NCBI GenBank assembly: GCA_034666125.1
Contig: JAXDML010000010.1
Coordinates: forward strand, 52,260 to 116,259
DNA length: 64,000 nucleotides
From: Candidatus Parcubacteria bacterium
GTDB taxonomy: Bacteria > Patescibacteriota > Minisyncoccia > Phycocordibacterales > Phycocordibacteraceae
Direction: 5' to 3'
Below the pieces are notes generated by a model, which did not search any database, was not told the origin of the DNA, and saw nothing but the letters and a program-made list of their open reading frames with translations. Below are positions 47,389-57,577 of the stretch, in pieces. The position numbers were made by a program, and so were the translations under genes. How positions within the stretch are numbered: the stretch's first letter is position 1; every line of letters begins with the position of its first letter.

Positions 47389-48141
47389 CTAGGGCTGGTC
47401 GAGCTGACACCAATACGCCCAGCGCTGCCGCTTGCCGGTCTTCCGCTTTATGAGCTTGCCGCCGCAGTGCGGACAGGTACCACGGCCGTGAGCTTTCAGA
47501 TTCTTGCGGAGGATGAACTTTTTCCGCCATCGGTAGAATTGCTTCGAAAAGGCGCGCGTCTCGGTAATGATCTCGCGGAGCTTTTCGGGAGGAAGTGCGC
47601 CGACCCGCAGGGTCGGCGCCGTCCGCGTTATCGACAGGACTTCGTTCTTGATGATATTGCCCACGCCCGCGAAGACATCCTGGTCGAGCAGCACGTCGGC
47701 GATCTCCTCGTCGGGCATCGCGCGTACGCGCTCGTATGCCGCCTCCGCATCCCACTTCGCGTGCATGATGTCGCGGGTGAAGTCGTACTCGCGCTTCGCG
47801 TTCCTGGACTCGATGACCTTCACCGAGCAACTGAAGGCGAGGAACTGCCCGTTCGGGAAGGCGAGCGCAAGCCGCGGCTCCCGCGCCCGGCGGTAGTCTC
47901 CCGTGACCCATACTCCTTCCACTTCCGCCTCGAACGTGCCGAAGAGCATGAAATGGATGCGGATGGCGAAGTCGTCGAACTGGAATACGAGATGCTTGCC
48001 CCAGCTGAAGATGTCCTTCACCTCCTTGCCGGCCAGGCCGGCCGACTCAACGGCCTTCGTATTGCCTGAGGCGGTCTCTACGACCTGTTTCCTGAACGGT
48101 CTGAGCTGTTCCTGAGCAAGGAATAGGGAGGGGCCTTCCAT
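47389..48141 (-). CDS. Fpg/Nei-family DNA glycosylase
   Basis: MEGPS, WGKHL, HFMLFG, LLDQ.VFAGVGNIIKNE (H2TH), C-terminal CPHC...CQLDQ. Confidence 0.88.
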   Translation of the reverse strand: MEGPSLFLAQEQLRPFRKQVVETASGNTKAVESAGLAGKEVKDIFSWGKHLVFQFDDFAIRIHFMLFGTFEAEVEGVWVTGDYRRAREPRLALAFPNGQFLAFSCSVKVIESRNAKREYDFTRDIMHAKWDAEAAYERVRAMPDEEIADVLLDQDVFAGVGNIIKNEVLSITRTAPTLRVGALPPEKLREIITETRAFSKQFYRWRKKFILRKNLKAHGRGTCPHCGGKLIKRKTGKRQRWAYWCQLDQP

Positions 48142-48183
48142 GCTCATCAGTATAAAAGGCAAAGAAAAAGCTGGGGTGAAGAC

Positions 48184-48220
48184 AAAACGATAGCCGCCTC
48201 GGGTGAGGAAGCGGCTATCG
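48184..48220 (-). terminator. Terminator after 104-aa ORF
   Basis: CGATAGCCGC/GCGGCTATCG stem with TTTT on the minus strand. Confidence 0.65.
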
Positions 48221-48238
48221 CTCCCGTCCCTCGGACGG

Positions 48239-48553
48239 CTATATAGGGTTGAGGAGCTCGCCGCTGAATTGGCCGGTGAGCTCGACGGTGCTCCCCTCAG
48301 GCCTCAGGCGCAGCCATTGAGAGTGGCCTACAGTCTTGCGCAACGGCTGCATGTTGCGGCCGGCGAAGTTGTTCGGACACTGGCCGTATTGCCGATGCTC
48401 CGTATCTTCCATCGGTTTCCCGCACCCACAATTGTCGGGAACCTCCTCGGTCGACGCGACGACGAATGGACCGGGTCCGAATGCCGCGAGCGTGACGGAA
48501 CAGACCTTTTCCGGGTCCCAATCGACACGTTGGCCTTTTCTAAAAATGTGCAT
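48239..48553 (-). CDS. Hypothetical 104-aa protein
   Basis: SD GGAGG, own promoter and terminator; CxC...H...C cluster. Confidence 0.65.
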   Translation of the reverse strand: MHIFRKGQRVDWDPEKVCSVTLAAFGPGPFVVASTEEVPDNCGCGKPMEDTEHRQYGQCPNNFAGRNMQPLRKTVGHSQWLRLRPEGSTVELTGQFSGELLNPI

Positions 48554-48610
48554 TTCGTGGCCCTCCAGACCGGTTTGAGGCGGCAGTATCCGCGAGTTGA
48601 TCCTGGGTAT

Positions 48611-50837
<2,227 letters not shown>

Positions 50838-50853
50838 GGTAATTCCCGAAAAT

Positions 50854-50895
50854 ATGAAGAGAGGCCGGCTCCTTAAGGAGTCGGCCTCTCTTCAT
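50854..50895. terminator. Spacer-less near-perfect palindrome between convergent genes
   Basis: 21-bp arms, one mismatch, centre CCTT/AAGG. Confidence 0.7.
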
Positions 50896-50902
50896 TCTGA
50901 AA

Positions 50903-51679
50903 TTAGCTCTCGATATCAACCTGCGCGGAGTCGCTGTTGTTGTTCTCGTTGCTTTCGCCCACGTCGCGGCCGCTGTCGACCGTGATGCGCGCCGTGCGGT
51001 TGTTGCCCGAGCGGGGCTCCGTGAAGCAGAGGGTGTAGTCCACGCGGTCGCCGGCACCGAGGGAGCGCTGATTCGATACCGTCCGCGAGAGAGCCGGAGA
51101 AGTGGGGAGGTCATATTCGAAGTCCCACTGGCCCGACGTGTTGGTACCGGCGTTGCGGACCTGGAACTGGATGCCTCCGTTCTCACCGTCAGGCACTTCG
51201 TTGCCGCGACGGAAGGAGGATACGCGGTCGCTCGTGCAGTATCCGACGGCGGTGATCTCGACGGTAAGGTCCGCACGGCCGTAGGGTGCCTGGGGCGGTA
51301 CCGTGACCGGTACGGTGACAGTACTCGGCTGGGTGTACGTGACAGTGCGCGTAGTAGCTGCAGGCGCCGCCGTGTATGTGGGAGTTACCGTAACGACGCT
51401 TGTCTCCGTCGACGTCGCGACGGGTTCGAAGGGAACGGATGTCTCCGTGACGACTACTACGGCTTCCGGTTCAGGCGCTTCCTCCGCCGGAGTAAAGACC
51501 GAAGAGAAGGAGACGGCGCCCGTGCCGAGGCGGTTGAGCGCGACGGGTACGAAGCGCGCCGCGTATATGGCGAGCCCGATGCCGATAAGGATAAGGACGA
51601 TGAAGCCCACGATCGCAAGGGCGCTGAGCGCCGCCTGCCGGCGGGGGGTCTTGTCAGTGGTCGTGGTGGTGATTTCCAT
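50903..51679 (-). CDS. Membrane-anchored CARDB/Ig-like domain protein with Thr-rich stalk
   Basis: N-term TM; ADLTVE, FQVRNAG, TVDS...V.ESNENNN; TTGACA-17-TACACA upstream. Confidence 0.82.
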   Translation of the reverse strand: MEITTTTTDKTPRRQAALSALAIVGFIVLILIGIGLAIYAARFVPVALNRLGTGAVSFSSVFTPAEEAPEPEAVVVVTETSVPFEPVATSTETSVVTVTPTYTAAPAATTRTVTYTQPSTVTVPVTVPPQAPYGRADLTVEITAVGYCTSDRVSSFRRGNEVPDGENGGIQFQVRNAGTNTSGQWDFEYDLPTSPALSRTVSNQRSLGAGDRVDYTLCFTEPRSGNNRTARITVDSGRDVGESNENNNSDSAQVDIES

Positions 51680-51802
51680 AATGGGTACTGTGTACCACGG
51701 CTCGTCTGGCGTGTCAAGAGGTAGGTCGAAGGCCTTGCTTTACGCCATATTTCGGGTTGCTATTAGAGAACCTTGACAAGGGGTCAATAGTAGTGTAAAT
51801 AT

Positions 51803-52480
51803 ATGCAAGACCATATGGCACATCACGGACACAACCAGGCAGGGCACCGGAAAGCTTCCGGGGTCGCGAGCAAGACGTGGGGCAGGAAGTGGAGCTTCCT
51901 GGGCGTTTTCCTGTTCATGCTCTTCGCGACCACGGGGGTCCTTGGCGCGCTTGACCTGCTTCCTGAGGGAGGTACGGTAGCGGTAGAGAACGGGGACTCG
52001 CTCTCGGCTTCGGCGTCGCTCGCCCTCGAGGATACCGAGAAGCCGACGAGGATCGAGATCCCGTCCATCGACCTTTCGGTCACGGTCGCGAATCCGACCA
52101 AGACCGACGTGGCGACGCTCGATGCCGCGCTCCTTAACGGGGTCGTGCGGTACCCGACCTCCGCCGACCTCGGCGAGAAAGGGAACGTCATCATCTTCGG
52201 CCACTCGAGCTACCTGCCCATCGTCCGTAACGAAGCCTTCAAGGCCTTCAACGACATACAGAAACTGAAGAAGGGCGAACGCATCCTCGTCACGGGGAAC
52301 GACCGCACCTATGTCTACGAAGTGGAAAGCGTGAAGGAGGCGGACGCCGAGGAGGACGCTATCCCGCTTTCGGTCACGGGCAGCAAGCTCACCCTTGCGA
52401 CCTGCGACTCCTTCGGGACCAAGTCCGACCGGTTCATCGTCGTCGCCAATCTTGTCGAGAGCTACCCGGCCGGGAACTAA
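51803..52480 (+). CDS. Sortase
   Basis: N-term TM; IEIPSI, IFGHS, F..IQKLKKG, LTLATC, catalytic R (DRFIV). Confidence 0.92.
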   Translation: MQDHMAHHGHNQAGHRKASGVASKTWGRKWSFLGVFLFMLFATTGVLGALDLLPEGGTVAVENGDSLSASASLALEDTEKPTRIEIPSIDLSVTVANPTKTDVATLDAALLNGVVRYPTSADLGEKGNVIIFGHSSYLPIVRNEAFKAFNDIQKLKKGERILVTGNDRTYVYEVESVKEADAEEDAIPLSVTGSKLTLATCDSFGTKSDRFIVVANLVESYPAGN

Positions 52481-52640
52481 CGTTCCTGGACGGATAGCTC
52501 GCTGCAAATCAAATGCATCGGGAAGTCGGATCGCGCAAGCGGTAGCGGCCAAAGATCTTCATAAGACCAGAACTGCACGACCTAGTGCAGCCTAAACCTA
52601 AACCCAGCCGCATTGGCGGCACAGCACAAGGAGAAGTCCG

Positions 52641-53729
52641 ATGAGGAAACTCGTCAACGCTCTGCTGACGCCGCTGGTGGCGTTCGCTCTGATCATCACT
52701 TCGTTCATCGCCCCGACGGCCAGTCTGGCCCAGTCGTACCGTTCGCTCGACGCCTATCCGGCGATCTGCCGTTCGGTGATGACCGAGCAGCGCATGCACG
52801 GTACCGCCATGTATCGCGGTGCCGACAACCCCGCTCAGCTTGCCGAGGTCATCCAGGCTTCCCTGGATGACGACGAGACGGGCATGACCCGCGTCCGCGC
52901 AAAGCCGGGCGATCAGGCGTTCGCGCGCCCGATCGACTGGTTCTGCACGCTCAAAGCGGTCGACTCGCGGGCGGCCAACCTCAATTCGGTCGCCGACCTG
53001 CCGGCCTATATGCGCACGCTCGTTGCGGCCAACCCGCCGCAGGGCCGCGTGTGGTCGGCATGCATCACGCAGGCGGGGGTTCTCCTCCACTGCATGCTGC
53101 GTCATTACGAACCCAACGAGAAAGTCTGGGTCAATCCCCAGACCGCTGTGGGCGTGATGCAGGGCAACTGCGCGAACACCATCGAAGGGCCCGAAGTCCC
53201 GAACGTCTGCTACGTCTTCGAGCACAATTACTACCAGCAGCGCGACGTGCGGTGGTTCGAAAGGGGCAATACGACCTACGCCCTGGTCTCGACCCACATG
53301 TCCCTCACGGAGCAGCAGATGCGCCGCGTTTACGCGGACGATTGCTACTTCGTCGAGGACGAGACCGGCCGATACAAGCCCCGGCCGGACTGCCCGTTCC
53401 TGTTCTGCCCGCCCGGCAGCACGTGGCCGAACCTCGCGCTTGCGCGGGCGGTCGGGCTGCCGGCCAGCCCGCCGGACACCACGATCCATTATTGGCTGGC
53501 GAACGGAAGAGGCCGCCTGTCGGTCCCGCTGTGGGCGGCGCGCATTCTCGCGCAAGACAATGGGGAGGTTATCCCCTGCGTCTACACCGTCGACTATTTC
53601 GTTTCGGTGGCGGGTTTCGAGCGTTGGAGAGCGTTCGCGCGCTTCGACCGGGCTCGGGGGCCTCAAATTCGGCCGACGCTCCGCGCCGGTCGCTACAGCG
53701 AGGTTTTCCAAGGGCGCGTCAGCTACTAG
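52641..53729 (+). CDS. Secreted Cys-rich hypothetical protein
   Basis: SD AAGGAG; signal peptide ending ASLA; 10 Cys. Confidence 0.75.
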   Translation: MRKLVNALLTPLVAFALIITSFIAPTASLAQSYRSLDAYPAICRSVMTEQRMHGTAMYRGADNPAQLAEVIQASLDDDETGMTRVRAKPGDQAFARPIDWFCTLKAVDSRAANLNSVADLPAYMRTLVAANPPQGRVWSACITQAGVLLHCMLRHYEPNEKVWVNPQTAVGVMQGNCANTIEGPEVPNVCYVFEHNYYQQRDVRWFERGNTTYALVSTHMSLTEQQMRRVYADDCYFVEDETGRYKPRPDCPFLFCPPGSTWPNLALARAVGLPASPPDTTIHYWLANGRGRLSVPLWAARILAQDNGEVIPCVYTVDYFVSVAGFERWRAFARFDRARGPQIRPTLRAGRYSEVFQGRVSY

Positions 53730-53753
53730 GTCGCGGTTCTGGCAACGGGGAGG

Positions 53754-53793
53754 GGGTGGCGGGTCTTCGGATCCGCCACCACCACCTCTTTTT
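53754..53793 (+). terminator. Terminator-like hairpin with cUUCGg loop
   Basis: GGTGGCGGGTC-TTCG-GATCCGCCACC, T-run further downstream. Confidence 0.6.
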
Positions 53794-53859
53794 GTACGCC
53801 GCGGAAGCGGCAGAGGAATTCATTATCACAAGATTATCCGAAGCGTTACTTCAAAAAAT

Positions 53860-55611
53860 ATGACCATCGTAAATGACTCAATCGCATACGCAAAGACTCG
53901 CCCGATCGCTGTCGGCGTGTTCACCATTGTCGCCGTACTTGCGGTAGGCTTCGGTATCGGGATGGTGGGCGGCGTAGTGAACGTCGGGAAGGCCGACGCG
54001 TGTTGCGTGCTTCCTCCGACTCCGCCACCCCCACCCCCTCCTCCGCCACCCCCGCCACCCCCACCCCCTCCTCCGCCAATCCCGACTCCGCCGCTACCCC
54101 CGACCCCGCCTGAGGAGGATGAGGGCCGCTGTATCTCTCTTTCCGCTTCCCGTTCCGTTATCACGGCACCCGGTCAGGCAGTCGTCCTTACCTGGTCCAC
54201 CGAAGACGTCGATTCGATCAGCATCAATAACGGCGTCGGCACCGTTTCGCCTACCTCGGGAGGCTCGGTCACCGTGTACCCGACCGGAGATACGACCTAT
54301 GTCGCGACCGTAGAAGGCGGCGACCAGAACGATAACTGCCGTGCAAGCGTACGCCTTGAGACGGTGGTCATCACTGATGAACCTCGCTGCGTCGACCTGT
54401 CGATCAGCAAGAGCCGCATCGAGGAAGGGGAGTCGGTCATTCTTTCCTGGGCGACCCGGAACGCGAGCTCCATCAGCATCAATAACGGCGTCGGTTCCGT
54501 GACTCCGGTATCGAGCGGCTCCGTTACGGTCCGTCCCACCCGCGATACCACGTACGTCGCCACCGTACCCGGCGCACCGTACAACCCGGACTGCGAAGTG
54601 ACCGTCCGTATCGACGAGGATGAGGACGAACCGCGCGAACGCGACCATGATCGCGATGATCATGACCGCGAACGTGAGCGTCCCGAAGTCTTCATCGGTT
54701 CGGAGGAACGCCCGAACGAGCCACCGCTCGCGAGCGTCTACCTCTCCGAGATCCCGTATACCGGCCTTGACCTCGGTCCCGCAGGCACCGTCGTGTACTG
54801 GACCATGCTCGTTCTCTGGAGCGGTGCCGCAGCGTACCTGGTCCTCTTCAACTTCCTGCCGTACCTCTTCCGCCGCGCAGCCACCGACGCCCTCGCCGAG
54901 TCCGGTCATCTGCCCGGATGGGGCCCTGCAGCATCCGCCGCACCTGCCGCGGCACCGATCGCGCGCTCCGCGCCTTCGGCACCCGCACCGGCCGTGCACC
55001 AGGCAGCGCATCGCGCAGCCGTCGTGACCGCGCTCCCGCAGCGCTCCGTGGCGGCAGCACCGGCCCCTGCATCGTCCCGCGTGTACTCGCCCCATGAAGG
55101 ATTCCGCTCCTTCGCCTCGAGCGGCTCGCTCACCATCGACGACATCGTGAAGGGCCTGTCCCGCGAGTCGGGCATGGAACTCGAGATCGCGCCCGTAGCG
55201 CCGAGCGCGCCTGTAGAGGCCATCGCTCCCGTAGCAAAAGCCGCTCCTGCGCCCGCGCGTGCCGTAAAGAACGCGACCGAGTACGCTGACGATATCCCCG
55301 GCTTCATCGAGGCGCTCATCAGCGGCGACCGCGACCATGTCTTCGGGACCGTCCGGAATGTCACGAAGCAGGGCGGCAACTCCGAGGAATTCCTCTCCGA
55401 AGCCGTCTGCGCGCTCGACGACGCGTACCGTGCCCGCACCGAAGGCGCCGACGTGCATCCCGAGATCGCCCGCGTGACGAAAGAGTGCCATACGTCCTTC
55501 CTCGAGAAGCTCGTAGCCTCGCTCGCGACCGCGCTCGACTCGAGCTACTCGGCAGGCATGACCGGCACGAAGCTCGCGCTCACCCGCGCGCTCGCCGTAG
55601 TCAACGGATAA
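53860..55611 (+). CDS. Surface protein: signal/TM, poly-Pro, two Ig-like repeats, IPYTG motif, TM, cytoplasmic domain
   Basis: Start ATG 53860; long Pro run; two L.W.T.....ISINNGVG.V.P repeats; IPYTG at 54751 then hydrophobic helix and RR. Confidence 0.82.
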   Translation: MTIVNDSIAYAKTRPIAVGVFTIVAVLAVGFGIGMVGGVVNVGKADACCVLPPTPPPPPPPPPPPPPPPPPPPIPTPPLPPTPPEEDEGRCISLSASRSVITAPGQAVVLTWSTEDVDSISINNGVGTVSPTSGGSVTVYPTGDTTYVATVEGGDQNDNCRASVRLETVVITDEPRCVDLSISKSRIEEGESVILSWATRNASSISINNGVGSVTPVSSGSVTVRPTRDTTYVATVPGAPYNPDCEVTVRIDEDEDEPRERDHDRDDHDRERERPEVFIGSEERPNEPPLASVYLSEIPYTGLDLGPAGTVVYWTMLVLWSGAAAYLVLFNFLPYLFRRAATDALAESGHLPGWGPAASAAPAAAPIARSAPSAPAPAVHQAAHRAAVVTALPQRSVAAAPAPASSRVYSPHEGFRSFASSGSLTIDDIVKGLSRESGMELEIAPVAPSAPVEAIAPVAKAAPAPARAVKNATEYADDIPGFIEALISGDRDHVFGTVRNVTKQGGNSEEFLSEAVCALDDAYRARTEGADVHPEIARVTKECHTSFLEKLVASLATALDSSYSAGMTGTKLALTRALAVVNG

Positions 55612-55629
55612 TCGAGCCTTTATCAACGA

Positions 55630-55663
55630 CGAAAGCCGCCGGCCCTAGGGCCGGCGGCTTTCG
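55630..55663. terminator. Perfect 34-bp palindrome between convergent genes
   Basis: CGAAAGCCGCCGGCCCT/AGGGCCGGCGGCTTTCG. Confidence 0.75.
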
Positions 55664-55673
55664 CGTTACGCCC

Positions 55674-57419
55674 CTACTTCCTTCCGAGTACCTCCTCCGT
55701 GATCCGCTTGATGAAGGCCGTGACCTTCATCGCGTCGAGCTTGCCCTCGTCGCGGCTCTCGACCGAGACCGTACCGTCCGACGTCTCCTGGTCGCCCACG
55801 ACGAGCAGGTACGGGATCTTCTCGTGCTTGGCATTGCGAATCTTCTTGCCGAGCGACTCGCTTGCATCGTCGACTTCGACGCGTACGTTCACGGCCTTGA
55901 GCATAGCTTCGACTTCCTCCGCGTACCCGTTGTGCTTATCGGAGACCGGAAGTATCCGGGCCTGCACGGGAGAGAGCCAGGCGGGGAAGTTGCCGGCCGT
56001 ATGCTCGATATAGACCGAAAGGAAACGTTCAAGCGAGCCCGCGATGGCGAGGTGAGTCATAACCGGTGTCTCGTCCGAACCGTCTTCTGCCGTATAGGTG
56101 AGACCGAAGCGGGCGGGTTGTACGAAGTCGAGCTGCGCGGTCGCCAGCTGGTGCTCCCGGCCGATGGCGTCGATCGCCATGAAGTCGATCTTGGGGCCAT
56201 AGAACGCCGCTTCGCCCTCGGCGATAAAGTAGTCGAAGCCCCCGCCTTTAGCTATGAGCTCAAGCTTCTCCTCCGCTTCCTTCCATAGCGACTCCTCGCC
56301 AAGGTACTTTTCCGGCGCCTTGAGGTCTCGGAACGAAAGACGCGCGCGGAAGTCCATGCCCATGGTCTTATAGAAGGCGAGAACCATTTCCATGATCGAG
56401 CGATACTCCTCTTCGATCTGGTCGCGTCTGCAAAACACATGGCTATCGTCCTGCGTGATCGAGCGCACACGGGAGATTCCGGCGAGCTCGCCCTTCTTCT
56501 CGTCACGGTAGACGGTCGTGGTCTCGAGATAGCGAATGGGTAGGTCGCGGTAGCTTCTGGGCTGGCCGGCGTAGATCTGCGTATGATGCGGGCAGTTCAT
56601 CGGCTTCAGAACGAACTCGTCGCTCGTCTCCTGGCTCTTTACGAGGAAAAGCTCGTCACCGAACTTGTCCCAGTGACCGGACGTCTTGTAGAGATCGGTC
56701 TTCGTGATATGCGGTATCCAGACCTTCTTGAATCCGCGAGCAATTCGCAGTTCCTGAGAGTACGTATGTATTTCCTCACGAAGAATGGTGCCCTTGGGCG
56801 TAAAGAGAGGAAGGCCCGACCCAACGAGCTCCGAGAACGTAAAGAGGTCGAGCTCCTTCCCGATCTTCCGGTGGTCGCGCTTCTTCGCTTCCTCCTGTTG
56901 TGTCTCATATGCCTCAAGGTCCTCCTTCGTGCCGAAGGCGAGACCGTAGATACGGGTGAGCATCGCGTTCTTCTCGTCGCCGCGCCAGTACGCGCCCGCA
57001 ATGCGGTCGAGCTTGAATGAGTCGGAAGCGATCTCCTTGGCCGGGTTCTCGCTGTGTCCGCCGCGGCAGAGGTCCCAGTAGTCGCCCGATCGGTAGAAGG
57101 TGAGCGTCTGCCCGTCCTTCGAGAACTCCTCTATAAGCTCGTGCTTATAGGGGTTGTCCGGATATTCGTCCTTGGCCTGTTCCGGGGAGAGCTCGAAGCG
57201 CTCGAAGGAGGTCCAGGTCGGAAGGAGCCGGCGCATCTCCTTCTCGAGGGCGGGGAAGTCCTTCTCGGAGATGGCATTCGTCGGGAACTCGAAGTCGAAA
57301 TAGAAGCCGTCGTCGATAGCGGGACCGATGGTCCGTTTCGCGTCCGGGCGAAGCGTAAGCACCGCTGCGGCTAGAAGATGCGCGAGCGTGTGGCGTCTGT
57401 GTTCAAGTTCCTGGTCCAT
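55674..57419 (-). CDS. thrS: Threonine-tRNA ligase (no N-terminal TGS domain)
   Basis: RHTLAHLL, DLCRGGH, GAYWRG, RDHRKIG, KPMNCPHH, AAFYGPKID. Confidence 0.97.
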   Translation of the reverse strand: MDQELEHRRHTLAHLLAAAVLTLRPDAKRTIGPAIDDGFYFDFEFPTNAISEKDFPALEKEMRRLLPTWTSFERFELSPEQAKDEYPDNPYKHELIEEFSKDGQTLTFYRSGDYWDLCRGGHSENPAKEIASDSFKLDRIAGAYWRGDEKNAMLTRIYGLAFGTKEDLEAYETQQEEAKKRDHRKIGKELDLFTFSELVGSGLPLFTPKGTILREEIHTYSQELRIARGFKKVWIPHITKTDLYKTSGHWDKFGDELFLVKSQETSDEFVLKPMNCPHHTQIYAGQPRSYRDLPIRYLETTTVYRDEKKGELAGISRVRSITQDDSHVFCRRDQIEEEYRSIMEMVLAFYKTMGMDFRARLSFRDLKAPEKYLGEESLWKEAEEKLELIAKGGGFDYFIAEGEAAFYGPKIDFMAIDAIGREHQLATAQLDFVQPARFGLTYTAEDGSDETPVMTHLAIAGSLERFLSVYIEHTAGNFPAWLSPVQARILPVSDKHNGYAEEVEAMLKAVNVRVEVDDASESLGKKIRNAKHEKIPYLLVVGDQETSDGTVSVESRDEGKLDAMKVTAFIKRITEEVLGRK

Positions 57420-57440
57420 AAGTCTTAAGTATAGCGTTAC

Positions 57441-57479
57441 TAAAACGAAATACCCCCGCGCTTGGCGGGGGTATTTCGT
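57441..57479 (-). terminator. Attenuator terminator (3:4) upstream of thrS
   Basis: ACGAAATACCCCCGC-CAAGC-GCGGGGGTATTTCGT then TTTA on the minus strand. Confidence 0.85.
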
Positions 57480-57507
57480 GCGTGACGTAGGACCACCGCC
57501 GGAGGCG

Positions 57508-57543
57508 CTAGGGGGTAGTGGTCGTCGTGGTCACGAAAGCCAT
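57508..57543 (-). CDS. Thr-rich leader peptide MAFVTTTTTTP (thrS attenuator peptide)
   Basis: ATG GCT TTC GTG ACC ACG ACG ACC ACT ACC CCC TAG; 88 nt upstream of thrS. Confidence 0.88.
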   Translation of the reverse strand: MAFVTTTTTTP

Positions 57544-57549
57544 GGGGAA

Positions 57550-57577
57550 AGTATAGACCCGTCGTATTTTCTGTCAA
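57550..57577 (-). promoter_or_regulatory. Promoter of the thrS leader
   Basis: TTGACA (57577-57572, overlapping dnaE stop) -16 nt- TATACT (57555-57550), 6 nt before the leader ATG. Confidence 0.8.

Noticed and set aside
52481-52640. c-di-GMP riboswitch (GCCTAAACC-like text)
   Set aside because: The rest of the consensus (GAAA-tetraloop P2 and its receptor) is not evident
57420-57570. T-box riboswitch for thrS
   Set aside because: Too short, no T-box consensus or stem I; the leader-peptide model explains it
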